64,000 nucleotides of DNA, taken from positions 572-64,571 of the IMG/VR virus record IMGVR_UViG_3300013126_000029, one strand, 5' to 3'. Shown piece by piece: positions 8,892-18,726 of the stretch; position 1 is the first letter of the stretch, and the number at the start of each line of letters is the position of its first letter. The stretch comes from a virus. Taxonomy: Duplodnaviria; Caudoviricetes. The translations under genes were made by a program, and so were the position numbers. Below the pieces are notes generated by a model, which saw nothing but the letters and a program-made list of their open reading frames with translations, was not told the origin of the DNA and searched no databases.

Positions 8892-9946
8892 GCGGCGGCT
8901 CCGCTGAGGGCTCGGGCCAGGGCTCGCTCGACGTCCTGGCGAAAGGCGGTCTGGAACATCGCCCGGACCGTCGGCGCGGTCTGGGCCTGCACGGCCTCGG
9001 CCACCTTGAGGCCACGGCGGGCGGGAATCCACCAGTTCGAGCGGGGCGTGATGACCCGGAACGTCATGTACTGGGTGTGCCCCTTGGCCCCGCTCTTGAT
9101 CATGCCCTCGTAAATGCTCCACTCCTTGCGGGCGGCGCTGGGCTCGGGGCCGTTCTTGCCGGTGTCCTTCCAGTGCTGGATGTGGGCCTGGTGGCTGGCC
9201 GGGCTCTTGACCTGGCCAGGGTGGCGGACAACGACCTTGCCCCCGCCCGCGTCCACCTCGGTGCGGCCTGCGAACGCCGCGGAGCGCGCCGCCGGGGAGG
9301 TGACGTGCAGGTAGCGCCCGCGCGGAGACGGCCCCAGCGGGTGATCGTCGGGGCGGCCGGGCCCCAGGCGGCGCTCGCCGAGCTTGATCGCCCCGTGGCG
9401 GCCGGCCGTGACGTCGGCCACCGTCTCGTGGCTCGCCCGGTCGTAGAAGGTCATGTGCTCGCCCGGTTCGAGCTTCTTCGCAACCCGGTGCACCGCGCCG
9501 GGCATCGACTTCTTGAAGCGCGAGACCGTGGCGCCCTCGCCGGCCCTGGGCGGGGTGTAGTGGCGGAAGGGGATCACGATGTACCAGGAACCGGCCTTTG
9601 TCGGCTTGCTCTTGGGTGTGTTGCCCCAGTCGATTGCGGTGGCGAGATTGAACGCCGGGTGGCCGTCCTCGATGACCGCGGCGTGGCGGGCGACGTTGAA
9701 GACGCCCACGGCGAAGCGGTCGCCGTCCAGCGGGTAACGAAAGCTCCCGGCGCCGCGCAGGCCGGCGATGTAGTCGCCGTTCGAGCGGTTGACGATCTGC
9801 CCGTCGGCGGCGTGCAACCAGGCGGCCTTGATGAGCTGGCCGGCCTGGAACACCGCGGCGCGCAGGGCGAGAAACTGGACCGGCGCGCCGTCCTCGACGC
9901 GGGGCAGATCCACCCCGATGACGTACCCTGGGAAGCTCTGGCTCAC
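8888..9946 (-). CDS. Neck/virion morphogenesis protein (K/SPO1-type)
   Basis: Start re-chosen at GTG 9946. KSKPTKAGSWYIVIPFRH and YMTFRVITPRSNWWIPAR resemble Herelleviridae-type neck proteins. Confidence 0.65.
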   Translation of the reverse strand: MSQSFPGYVIGVDLPRVEDGAPVQFLALRAAVFQAGQLIKAAWLHAADGQIVNRSNGDYIAGLRGAGSFRYPLDGDRFAVGVFNVARHAAVIEDGHPAFNLATAIDWGNTPKSKPTKAGSWYIVIPFRHYTPPRAGEGATVSRFKKSMPGAVHRVAKKLEPGEHMTFYDRASHETVADVTAGRHGAIKLGERRLGPGRPDDHPLGPSPRGRYLHVTSPAARSAAFAGRTEVDAGGGKVVVRHPGQVKSPASHQAHIQHWKDTGKNGPEPSAARKEWSIYEGMIKSGAKGHTQYMTFRVITPRSNWWIPARRGLKVAEAVQAQTAPTVRAMFQTAFRQDVERALARALSGAAA

Positions 9947-10665
9947 GGCTCGACGCCCTCCGTCAACTGCGTCCCCTGCTGGCGGCCCATCGGCACCAGG
10001 CGCGTGACCCGTGCGGTGAAGGGGAGCACGCTCGCGACGTCGTGGCGGGCCTTGGCCGGCTCCTTGAAGATCACGTATTCGGAGCGGTAGCGGTAGCGCA
10101 CGGTGTAGGCGGCACCCTCGGCCGGCGCCGGCTGGCCGTCCGCCCACTCCAGGGTGCGGCCGTCGGCTCCCAGGTCGAACTCGACCCCGCGGCTGTAGCG
10201 GCGCGCGCTGTCGCGCACGTCTTCCAGTTCGGTCGGGAAGTGGTAGCGCAGGCGCTCCAAGCTCGCCCCGGTCGGGTCTTGTACCCCGCGGCGCAGGGCC
10301 TCGTCGGTGACGCCCTCCTCGTGCGGGTGAACGAACACGTCGCCGACCGCGAGCGGCTGGGTCGAGGGCCAGGTGACGGTGTAGTCGGCGCCGTCGTGGC
10401 TGCCGCCGGGGATGATCTGGTGCTTGGGGTTGGGAGCGACCCACTGGACCATGAGGTCGGGCAGGGCCAGATCCTCGGGGTAGCGCCACCCGAACCCGTT
10501 GCAGAGCGGGCAGGTGGGCACCTGGCGCCCGCCGTGGGTGATGCAGGTGCAGGTCACGGCCCGCCGTACCAGGGTCTCCTCGCCGTCGTTGCGGGCGAGC
10601 TGGTCGTCGAAGTCGGCGCCGTCCAGGGTCAGGCCGTGCGGGAAGGGTGGCCAGGGCAGGACCAT
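9943..10665 (-). CDS. Head-closure/neck protein with CxC...CxxCxGxG motif
   Basis: RAVTCTC...TCPLCNGFGWRY, a signature seen in myovirus neck proteins of this type; position after the adaptor. Confidence 0.7.
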   Translation of the reverse strand: MVLPWPPFPHGLTLDGADFDDQLARNDGEETLVRRAVTCTCITHGGRQVPTCPLCNGFGWRYPEDLALPDLMVQWVAPNPKHQIIPGGSHDGADYTVTWPSTQPLAVGDVFVHPHEEGVTDEALRRGVQDPTGASLERLRYHFPTELEDVRDSARRYSRGVEFDLGADGRTLEWADGQPAPAEGAAYTVRYRYRSEYVIFKEPAKARHDVASVLPFTARVTRLVPMGRQQGTQLTEGVEP

Positions 10666-10666
10666 G

Positions 10667-10942
10667 TCAGACGCCCCGGCGCAGGGCCGCCACGATCTCG
10701 GGGCGGATGTCGGGGGCGGTGCCGACCATGCCGCAGGCCGGACACCGCACGACGCCGCAAGCGGCCAGAGACGCGCGCGGGTCTTTCTCGTTGGCGGGCT
10801 CGGCGGGGATCATCTGGGCTCCGCACCCGTTACACCGGCCGGTGGGCGGGCCCTCGGCCGGCGGCCCCAGGGACGCGCGGGTCTCGTCCGGGCGCCGCAG
10901 CGGGATGTCGATGCCCTGGCTGGCAAGGATTGCAGCGGCCAT
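10667..10942 (-). CDS. Small zinc-ribbon protein
   Basis: CNGC and CPAC pairs; fills the gap between neck genes. Confidence 0.5.
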   Translation of the reverse strand: MAAAILASQGIDIPLRRPDETRASLGPPAEGPPTGRCNGCGAQMIPAEPANEKDPRASLAACGVVRCPACGMVGTAPDIRPEIVAALRRGV

Positions 10943-10959
10943 GCCGCGGGTGAGGCGGC

Positions 10960-12459
10960 TCACGAGAAGATCCTGATGCCCGGCTTGAGGCTCTTGCGCA
11001 GGCGGTTGAGCTGGTCCTCGGAGATCATGGCCTGCATGTAGGGGCTCTGCATGACCCGCTGGTAGCGGTCGGCGGTGACGCTGATGGAGCGGGAGAGGCC
11101 GTCCTTGCCGGTGCTCTGCGAGGAGACGCCCATCTTGTTCGCCTTGGTCCCGATGATGGTCAGGATGCGGGCCAGCGCGCGCATGCCGATGACCGCCACG
11201 ACGTCGTCCGGCACCGTCTCCAGGCCGGCCTCGTAGTCGAGGCACCAGACGGCGGGCATCCGGGCGAACCCGATCACGCTCTGAATCATCCCGGTCACGG
11301 CCGGCGCGAGCACGCTCTCGCCGTAGTAGACCAGGTCGCCGCGGTCCACGATGATCTCGACCACGCCGGCCTTGCGCGTGACGTTGCCCCAGCGCACCGG
11401 GATCTGGAACAGGGGCGTGTGGCCGTGGAACAGGCGGATGCGGGTGAGGCGGATGACCGGCGTGTGGCGCAGGGTCAGGACGCCCAGACTGAGGTTGTTG
11501 TGCACGCCCCACCCGTAGGGGTCCTCTTCCTCGTCGTAGTCGCTCCCCTTCACCAGGGGCGCGCTGCCGGGGCTCGCGATCTCGGGGTGGGTGGCGTAGC
11601 GGGTCGAGGCCAGCGTGACGCCCAGACGGCGGCCCACGTACACGGCTTCGCCCCGGATGGCGGCGGCGACGCCCTCGTCGCCGATGAGTTGTTCGCCGTT
11701 GTCCCCCCGCAACAGGTCGCGTCCGGGCGGTTCGCCCGGAAACGCCCCGCAGAACTGCTCGAAGAAGACCTGGAGGCTCATGACGCCGGCCACCGGCTCG
11801 GCGTCGAGGTTGTCCACCGGCACCCGGTCGATGACCTCGCCGGGGTTACCGGCGAAGACCAGGCGGACGAAATACGTCCCGATCTGGGCCACCGCGGCGA
11901 ACGTCGCCCGGCGCAGGATCGGGCTCGGGGCCTCGAAGTCGGCGCCCTGGATGGTCTGAAGCACGGTCAGGGCGTCGCGGGCGATCAGCTCGGCGCGCGT
12001 GATGGCGGGCGCGGCGACGACGTTGTACGGCTCGCGGTTGGTGCGGAACTGCCAGGTCAAAACGAGCGGCTGATTGATGCCGTAGGCGGCCCCGTCGAGG
12101 GCGACCAGGTAGCCGGGGGCCGCCAGGTCGTCGATGGACGTCTCGGTGACGTCGATGGGCGCCTCGTCGAGGTCGGCCCGGCTCTGGCTGTCCCGGATGA
12201 CCAGGAAGTAGCGGCCGGCGGTCGCGGGCGTGAAAACGGCGTCGTACTCGCCCTCGGTGTCCGTCTCGGCCACGGCGACCGGCACGTCCTCGACGTCGGC
12301 CACACCGTTCAGGCGCCGGTAGAGGAGCACGCGCCCGCCCCCGTCGGCGGCGCGCCATAGCTCGACGTCCACGGCGTCGGCGCGCCCGGAGAGGCGGGTG
12401 AAGTTGTCGTCCTCGAAGAGGGCGAAGCTGACGGTGATGGCGGTCCCGACCTTCGGCAT
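10960..12459 (-). CDS. Head-tail adaptor with N-terminal Ig-like domains
   Basis: C-terminal adaptor-like motifs (LRHTPVIRL, LDYEAGL..VPDDV, GVSSQSTGKDGLSRS); N-terminal beta-sandwich-like segments (GEYDAVFTPATAGRYF). Confidence 0.7.
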   Translation of the reverse strand: MPKVGTAITVSFALFEDDNFTRLSGRADAVDVELWRAADGGGRVLLYRRLNGVADVEDVPVAVAETDTEGEYDAVFTPATAGRYFLVIRDSQSRADLDEAPIDVTETSIDDLAAPGYLVALDGAAYGINQPLVLTWQFRTNREPYNVVAAPAITRAELIARDALTVLQTIQGADFEAPSPILRRATFAAVAQIGTYFVRLVFAGNPGEVIDRVPVDNLDAEPVAGVMSLQVFFEQFCGAFPGEPPGRDLLRGDNGEQLIGDEGVAAAIRGEAVYVGRRLGVTLASTRYATHPEIASPGSAPLVKGSDYDEEEDPYGWGVHNNLSLGVLTLRHTPVIRLTRIRLFHGHTPLFQIPVRWGNVTRKAGVVEIIVDRGDLVYYGESVLAPAVTGMIQSVIGFARMPAVWCLDYEAGLETVPDDVVAVIGMRALARILTIIGTKANKMGVSSQSTGKDGLSRSISVTADRYQRVMQSPYMQAMISEDQLNRLRKSLKPGIRIFS

Positions 12460-12468
12460 GGTCCGACC

Positions 12469-13266
12469 TTACACCCCGTTGACCCGGTTGGCGATCTGCT
12501 CGACGGACCAGATCCCCTTGTCCCCCTGGCGGGTGACGATCCGGTAGAGCGGCAGGACTTCGCCGCTGTACGCGGCCGGCACGGGCGGGGTCGGGATTTC
12601 GGGGATCTCGTCCACCGTTCGCACCTGGGTCGGGCGCCCCAGGAACACGTACCACTCCGGCGCCGGATCTTCCCCCTTGGGGATGAGCGCGAGGGTGTCC
12701 ACCCGGTAGCTCTTGGCCGGCCAGGCGGCCGTCTCTCCGTCCTCCTCGCCCGCGCACACGCCGGGCAGGGTGTCCACCAAGCGCGGGTCGATGAGGTTGG
12801 CGCCGGCCGCGACGTAGAAGCGCAGCGGGTTCAAAATGGGGATGGTGTAGCGGTTGATGTTGTAGGCGCCGTCGGCCTTGTCGAAGAGGATGGCCACGCC
12901 CCCGCTCATGTAGAGCTGGCGCGAGCCCTTGACCGGCTGGAGGCGCAGACCCTCGGCGATGGCTCCGTGGAGGAGCGAGCGCAGGAGCATCGAGGTCGTA
13001 GCTCGCTCCCGCTCCAAGCGGCGCACCACGTTGATCATGGCGCGCAGGGCGGTCTCCAGGTCCAGCATGGCGCCCTCGCCCGGCTGGCCGTCCTGGTACT
13101 CGACGCGGCGCGCCTCCTCGTCCCAACGCCCGTTCAGGCCGAACGCCCGCACGAGATCCGGGTCGGAGATCAGGACGCGGCCGGCCGGCTTGCAGGAGGT
13201 CTGCGAGTCGTTCACGACGCGACCGGGAAGGGCGAAGGGGTCTTTGGCGGCGGTGAGGCGCGGCAC
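12469..13266 (-). CDS. Hypothetical virion-associated protein
   Basis: AGGAG RBS before GTG 13266; lies within the structural operon. Confidence 0.6.
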   Translation of the reverse strand: MPRLTAAKDPFALPGRVVNDSQTSCKPAGRVLISDPDLVRAFGLNGRWDEEARRVEYQDGQPGEGAMLDLETALRAMINVVRRLERERATTSMLLRSLLHGAIAEGLRLQPVKGSRQLYMSGGVAILFDKADGAYNINRYTIPILNPLRFYVAAGANLIDPRLVDTLPGVCAGEEDGETAAWPAKSYRVDTLALIPKGEDPAPEWYVFLGRPTQVRTVDEIPEIPTPPVPAAYSGEVLPLYRIVTRQGDKGIWSVEQIANRVNGV

Positions 13267-13303
13267 AAGTTGTTCTCCTGCCGCGCCTCTGGTCGGGGCG
13301 GGC

Positions 13304-14653
13304 TTACGCGGTGGTGTTGCTGTAGTCCAGGTCGATCTCGTCGCTGGTGGAGAGATTGACACCGGAGACCACGGCGTTCCAGTAGAGCGTGTCCGTCGCC
13401 ACGATGGCGCTGATCGCGCGGGCCGTGGTGCCCCCGTCGGCGCTGAAGTAGCAGTCCTTCGTCTTCACGCCGCTGCCCAGCTCGACGCCGACGCCGTTCA
13501 GGCTCACCTTGACGTAGCTGCCGGCGGCCGGCGTCTTCGTGATGGTGATCCCGGTGCTTGCGCCATCGGTGGAGATCGCGCCGCTGGGGTTGAGCGCCTT
13601 GTCGTCCAGGACGGGCACCGCGGCCTTGACGCCGCCCGCGCCCACGGCGACCGACGTGTTCTCGCCGAGCACGGCGAGCGCGCTGCCGTTGCCGCCGGTG
13701 AGACCGTCGCCGGCCACGTCGCTGCCCAGGATCGCGGCGGTCACGCTGGTCGCGGCGAACTGCGTCGTGCCGACGCCGCCGTCCACGATGCCCAGGGCGC
13801 CGCCGCTCTTGCGCTCGATGGTCGTGCCATCGACGTGCGCCCGCAGAGCGCCCGTGTTGAACTCCAGGCCGGAGTCCGTGTCGAGGAGCACGGCGAGCAC
13901 GGTGCCGTCGCCGCCGGTGAGGCCGTCGCCCAGGGCGGACGCGGCGATCTCCACCTCGGTCACGCTGCCGGGGGCGATGGACGCCGCCTGGCGGCTCAGG
14001 ACCACGCTGTCGCTGCGCAGGGCGTCGAGCGGGATGGTCTGGAGCGTGCCGATCTTCGGGTAGGCCAGCGTGTACTGCTGGGCCATCGTGTAGGGGTGGG
14101 ACAGAACGATCTCGGAGGTGCCGCCCACCGGCCACTCGTCGCTGTAGAAGCGGATCGTGTAGGTGCCGGACGTGCTGCGCTCCGACGCCGTGATGATGGC
14201 CCACACGTCGTTGCCGCTGTTGTCGGGGTCGGTGATCTTCTGCCCGTTCAGGTCGTAGACCTGCGCGGCGTAAAGCCCCTTCTGGCCCACCCACACCTTC
14301 GAGCTGTTGGTGTTGAACCCATGCGCGCCGCCGCTCATGCCGGTGGTCAGCTCCAGCAGGACCGGGATGCCCACCTCGCCCGCGCCCGCGCTCACGCCGG
14401 CCGTGCTGCCGAACCCGAACTCGGTCGTCTCCGGCGAGCTGGAGATCGCGTAGGTCGCGGCGTTCGGGTTGCTCAGGTCGGCGGACGCGACCATGTAGAG
14501 CAACTTCTTGGTCCCCAGCAGGCTCGCCGGGACGCTCGACCCGAGCTTGCCGAAGGCGACCCCGTTGTCGGCCAGGTCCAGGGCCTCGCCGGTGCCACCC
14601 GTGGCGATGAACGTCGCGGCGAGCGCGAGTTGCTTGGCTTTGATCTTCCCCAT
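13304..14653 (-). CDS. Putative head/neck fibre or decoration protein
   Basis: 449 aa, Gly/Thr/Ser-rich with repeated GDGLTGG(D/N)G and VDGTTIE fibre-like repeats; AGGA RBS. Confidence 0.65.
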   Translation of the reverse strand: MGKIKAKQLALAATFIATGGTGEALDLADNGVAFGKLGSSVPASLLGTKKLLYMVASADLSNPNAATYAISSSPETTEFGFGSTAGVSAGAGEVGIPVLLELTTGMSGGAHGFNTNSSKVWVGQKGLYAAQVYDLNGQKITDPDNSGNDVWAIITASERSTSGTYTIRFYSDEWPVGGTSEIVLSHPYTMAQQYTLAYPKIGTLQTIPLDALRSDSVVLSRQAASIAPGSVTEVEIAASALGDGLTGGDGTVLAVLLDTDSGLEFNTGALRAHVDGTTIERKSGGALGIVDGGVGTTQFAATSVTAAILGSDVAGDGLTGGNGSALAVLGENTSVAVGAGGVKAAVPVLDDKALNPSGAISTDGASTGITITKTPAAGSYVKVSLNGVGVELGSGVKTKDCYFSADGGTTARAISAIVATDTLYWNAVVSGVNLSTSDEIDLDYSNTTA

Positions 14654-14672
14654 CGTCCTTGTCTCCTTGGTG

Positions 14673-14957
14673 TTACGTGCTCTGCGGCACGATCCAGAGT
14701 GTCAACGACTCCCCGATGTCGAGGGGAATCGCGCCGGCCCACGTCAACGTGGTGCCCGAGGTCGTGAAGTCGTCGGGCGCGTTGTAGGACGCCCCGCTGT
14801 AGTCGATGCGCGCCTTGGGGTCGCCGTCCTGATCCAGCGCCGCGGCAAACGGCAGGTCGAAGACCCGCTGATCGGCGGCGGCCACGTCCAGGATGACGCG
14901 CTGCCAGTCGTCGGCTCCTCCGGCTGGGGCCGGGGGCGTCGGGTTGCGGCGGCGCAT
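14673..14957 (-). CDS. Small beta-rich structural protein (94 aa)
   Basis: MRRRNPTPP...DFTTSGTTLTW; clean codon usage only in this distal part of the track ORF. Confidence 0.55.
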   Translation of the reverse strand: MRRRNPTPPAPAGGADDWQRVILDVAAADQRVFDLPFAAALDQDGDPKARIDYSGASYNAPDDFTTSGTTLTWAGAIPLDIGESLTLWIVPQST

Positions 14958-14965
14958 CGTCCCCG

Positions 14966-15460
14966 TCAGGTCGAGGCGCCCTCGCCGGCCACGCAGAGCG
15001 TGATCCCGGAGGCCCCGTCCAGGGTGATGTTCGTCAGGCGGTAGAGGCTCGGGCGGTGTCCGATGCCGGTGTCCCGGACCTCGGTCAGGGCGGCCACGCC
15101 GGCCAGCGTACCGGCCTTCACGATGTCCCCCAGGTCGGTCAACCGGTAGACCTCGATGTCGGCCTGGAACGCGGCGCCGCCGTCGGGCGCGCGCAGGAAC
15201 AGGCGGGCCGCGTCGAAGCTCTCGGTGACGCCGCTCACCATGGCGCGGGTGTCGTCGTCGTGGTCGGCGACCGCGGCCGGCGCGGCCGGCTCGTCGTCCC
15301 CCAGGTTGCCGGCGGCGGCGACCACGACGGGGCGCCGATGGCTGGCGCCCTGGAGCGCGAAACGCACGGCGCCGCCGGTCTGGCGGACGGCCAGCGGCTC
15401 GGCGCCGGGCACCTGGAAGCCACGCTGGAAAAGTTCGTCTGGATCGCGATTGTTGGCCAC
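14966..15460 (-). CDS. Hypothetical virion protein
   Basis: 164 aa; GAGG RBS; in the structural operon. Confidence 0.65.
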   Translation of the reverse strand: MANNRDPDELFQRGFQVPGAEPLAVRQTGGAVRFALQGASHRRPVVVAAAGNLGDDEPAAPAAVADHDDDTRAMVSGVTESFDAARLFLRAPDGGAAFQADIEVYRLTDLGDIVKAGTLAGVAALTEVRDTGIGHRPSLYRLTNITLDGASGITLCVAGEGAST

Positions 15461-15468
15461 GTCTCACC

Positions 15469-16269
15469 TCACCCGTTCGGGAACTCGTGCGCGAGGATCG
15501 CCTCGATCATCTCGCTCTTGGCGTTGCCGACACCCGCGAGGTTGTGGTTGCGGATGATGTCGCGCAGGCTGCCGCCCCGGTCGGGCAGTTCGGAGAGGCG
15601 AACCAGCTCGGCGCGCCGCGCCTCGAAGTGCGAGAGATCGGCGGGCGGCGGGGCCGGCGTCGCGGGCAGGTCGATCTTCGGTCCGTCCTCGGTGACGGGC
15701 GCGGTCGCCCGCGGGGACTCGCGCAGGGCCTTCTCGAAGCTCTCCACGTCGCGGCGCAGGTCGGACGCGCGCACCGAAAGCTCCGTGGCTTCGGGCGAGG
15801 CGGGCAGGCGCTCGATGGCGTAGCAGAGCGCGGTGGCCAGTTCGCCGGGCTGCACCTTGGCGACGAACGCGGAGAAGTCGAACTGGACCGTCAGGTCGGG
15901 GGCGCCGACGCCGTAGGGCCAGAGACCGGCCGCGGCGCAGCGGGCCTCGTGGGCGCGCACGGCCTCGGCGTCGGCCTCGGCGACCCCGCTCGTCACCAGC
16001 TCATCCAGGGTCGGCACGGTGGGCACCGTGCCATGCCAGGGCTGGGCGATGCGGAGGGCCTGGGGCACCAGGGGCGGGGCGGCGCCATCGACCTCCTGAA
16101 CGTCGAGCTGCGCATAGGGCCGGGCGAACGCGGCGCACTCGATGGGCAGCTCGACCTGCCCGGTCAGGGTGGACTCCACCAGGCCGTCGGCCCGGCAGCG
16201 CACCTCGACGTGGGCGAGAATGATGGAGCCCTCGAAGGGTCGCAGGGCTCGGATGGTGCAATGCTTCAT
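15469..16269 (-). CDS. Post-capsid protein with C-terminal HeH/Rho-N-like helical motif
   Basis: Directly after the MCP; ends LRDIIRNHNLAGVGNAKSEMIEAILAH; GAGGAG RBS. Confidence 0.6.
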   Translation of the reverse strand: MKHCTIRALRPFEGSIILAHVEVRCRADGLVESTLTGQVELPIECAAFARPYAQLDVQEVDGAAPPLVPQALRIAQPWHGTVPTVPTLDELVTSGVAEADAEAVRAHEARCAAAGLWPYGVGAPDLTVQFDFSAFVAKVQPGELATALCYAIERLPASPEATELSVRASDLRRDVESFEKALRESPRATAPVTEDGPKIDLPATPAPPPADLSHFEARRAELVRLSELPDRGGSLRDIIRNHNLAGVGNAKSEMIEAILAHEFPNG

Positions 16270-16321
16270 GGTGGTCTCCTCGGGGTGTCGGCGTGTCGGG
16301 TCGGGGAACGCGGGCCGCAGA

Positions 16322-17812
16322 TTAGCGGCCGATGTTCTCCCAGACCACCATGCGGAGCTTCTGCACCAGTTCGGGGGAGGTGCGCTCGATCAGCATCTCC
16401 CAGTCGAAGTCGCCGATCTTGGCGAGCGGGACGCTGTGCAACTCCTCCAGTTGCGCGAAGCGCACCGCGTTGTCGCGGGCGCGGGCGTTGAGCCGGTTGG
16501 TCTGGCTCTTGCCGTACATCATCTCCAGGCCGATGGCGACCGCCGAGCCGGGGATCTTCCAGTTGAGGTCGTCGAAGGTCAGGACCGCGCCGGTATTGGG
16601 CAGCTCGCCGATGACGTAGAACTCGGTCGGACGCTGCGCGCTGTTGCGCAGGATCTTCACGCTCTTGGCGTCGGCGCGCATGTTGATGGTCAGACGGGCC
16701 CGGCAGTTGGCCACGACGTTGACGCCGGCCGACGCCGCGGAGGGCTGGCTGGGGCCGAAGTCGTTTTCAAACATGACCTTGTACTTGATCACGCCGAGAT
16801 CGGCCGGGATGTCGATGGCCTCCCACTTGCTGTTGGCGATGTTGTTCGCGACGGCGACGGCCGGGGCGTCCGGGCGCACGGGGCTGTTCGGCGGGGGGTC
16901 ACCCTTGAACTCGCCGTGCGTGAGGGCCGGGTCGAGGCTGTTGTCGGTCATGAACATCGCGATGCCGCCCTGGTGGCGGATGCCGGCGACGGTCGAGCCC
17001 AGGATGAGGCCCTGGTCGCCGATGTCCTTCACGTCCACGCGCTCGATGGGGAAGTTGGTCTCCACCTCGCCCTGGAAGTTCTCGGACGTCTCCGGGGTCA
17101 TGAAGATCCGGTTCAGCTTGCCCCACCCGTTCTTGTACATCTGGGTGCCGGCGCTCTTGACGTCGCTGCGGCTCATCCAGGCGCCCCGCTTGTCGATGAC
17201 CAGCGAGGGGTCGCAGGAGTAGAGCCGGTGCGCGAAGTCCGCGGACTGGTTGCGGGCCTGGAACTGCTCCAGGAGACCGGAGAAACGCAGGGTCGAGGTC
17301 GAGGCGGACGCCCGGCTGAAGATCGTCGAGATCGCCTTGAGCATCAGGAAGTTGCGCATGACGGCCTCGCGATTGCTCACGAGCGCGTCGGTGCTCCCCA
17401 GGATGTTCATGGTCTTCTCGGCGCGGGCGGTGCCCGTCACCTTGTTCACGAGCTGGAGGGTGACGATCCGCGTCATGAGGCGGGCCAGGTTGTAGCCCGT
17501 CTGCATGCCGAGACCGCCCTCGGGGGCGAACAGGGTGGTGCCCTGGACGTTGCCGTAGCTGTCCACGACGCCGAACTCGTGCTTGACGCTTGCGGCGTCC
17601 ACGCTGGGCAGTTCGCGCAGGAGGCGCAGGTCGTCGCGATCCCAGAGCGCGACGTGCGCCTGCATCTCCAGGTTCTCGGGGACGGCGCCCATCACGTTGA
17701 TCGCGCGGCTGCCGACCTCGGCGGTCATGGCCTTGAGACCCTGCTCGCCACCGACCAGGTGCATGAGGTCGGGGGTGAGCGGCAGGTACAGGCCGGCGGG
17801 GGTGTTCATCAT
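16322..17812 (-). CDS. Major capsid protein (A511/K/SPO1-like)
   Basis: 496 aa after protease and scaffold; ENLE, VKHEF, FAPEGG, LRFSGLLEQ, VIDKRG, PLAKI match the pattern of Herelleviridae-type MCPs; GLK|AM near the N-terminus. Confidence 0.9.
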   Translation of the reverse strand: MMNTPAGLYLPLTPDLMHLVGGEQGLKAMTAEVGSRAINVMGAVPENLEMQAHVALWDRDDLRLLRELPSVDAASVKHEFGVVDSYGNVQGTTLFAPEGGLGMQTGYNLARLMTRIVTLQLVNKVTGTARAEKTMNILGSTDALVSNREAVMRNFLMLKAISTIFSRASASTSTLRFSGLLEQFQARNQSADFAHRLYSCDPSLVIDKRGAWMSRSDVKSAGTQMYKNGWGKLNRIFMTPETSENFQGEVETNFPIERVDVKDIGDQGLILGSTVAGIRHQGGIAMFMTDNSLDPALTHGEFKGDPPPNSPVRPDAPAVAVANNIANSKWEAIDIPADLGVIKYKVMFENDFGPSQPSAASAGVNVVANCRARLTINMRADAKSVKILRNSAQRPTEFYVIGELPNTGAVLTFDDLNWKIPGSAVAIGLEMMYGKSQTNRLNARARDNAVRFAQLEELHSVPLAKIGDFDWEMLIERTSPELVQKLRMVVWENIGR

Positions 17813-17852
17813 GGCGTTCTCTCTCTTTCTTCCGTTGGAATGGGCCTGGGCC

Positions 17853-18716
17853 TCAGAGCACCGACTTGACGGCTTCGACGGGGTTGTTCAGGCGGGCGGG
17901 GGCCTGGCCGCGGTTCGCCCACAACTGCGCTTCGGCGCCCGTGAGGACGCCCTTCTGGACGGCGAGAAGGAGTTGGCTCTCGTCGTAGGGGCATTTCCCG
18001 GCCTCCTCGACGGGCGGCGGCAGGTGCACGCTGGGGGCCGGGTTGGTCACGCGGGGGTTGGCCACGGCGATGCCGGGGCCGCGAGGGGCCGCGGCCGGGG
18101 AGCGGGCCAACGCCCCCAGACGCTCGGCGCTCTTGAGCCCCAGGGTCAGGCTGCCGTCCACGCCCTGCGCGACCGCGCCGAGTTGGCGCTCGATGCGGCG
18201 CAGGCGCGGGCCGACGGCCACCTGCACGGCGCGCTCGATGATGCGAGCGAGGGCGGAACTGCCCACCTGGGCGACGGCGACGGCGCCGTCCTGGGCGGCC
18301 TTGCCACCCTCGGCCACCGCGCTGCTCTGGGCCTCGCGCTCGATGCAGGGCAGGCACCGCCCGCACCGCGCGCCCTTGCAGCCCTCGTAGAACGCCTTGG
18401 CGCCCTCCTCGCCCTCCTCGTCGCCTTCGCCTCCCTCGTCGTCCTCGTCCTCGTCGCCTTCGCCTCCGGCGTTGTCGGCGTCGGGCTCGGCGTGCGGGGC
18501 CGGCGGCGGGGGCGAGATCCCCAGGCCAGGCGGGGGCGAGCCGGGGAGCGCGGGCATGGGGCTCGGCGACGCGGCGGGGGCCGGCGCGCCACCGGGCGCC
18601 GGGGCGGCTCCGCCCACCGGGGGCATGCCGGGGGGCATGGCCTTGGCGCCCTCGGGCAACGCCTCGCGCAGGATGGCGAGGTTGCGCTGGATGGAGTCGA
18701 TGGTGGTGTCGGACAT
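17853..18716 (-). CDS. Capsid scaffold-like protein
   Basis: Between protease and MCP; Pro-rich and acidic tracts; several GxK|A/S sites; AAGGAG RBS. Confidence 0.7.
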   Translation of the reverse strand: MSDTTIDSIQRNLAILREALPEGAKAMPPGMPPVGGAAPAPGGAPAPAASPSPMPALPGSPPPGLGISPPPPAPHAEPDADNAGGEGDEDEDDEGGEGDEEGEEGAKAFYEGCKGARCGRCLPCIEREAQSSAVAEGGKAAQDGAVAVAQVGSSALARIIERAVQVAVGPRLRRIERQLGAVAQGVDGSLTLGLKSAERLGALARSPAAAPRGPGIAVANPRVTNPAPSVHLPPPVEEAGKCPYDESQLLLAVQKGVLTGAEAQLWANRGQAPARLNNPVEAVKSVL

Positions 18717-18726
18717 GATCTCTCCT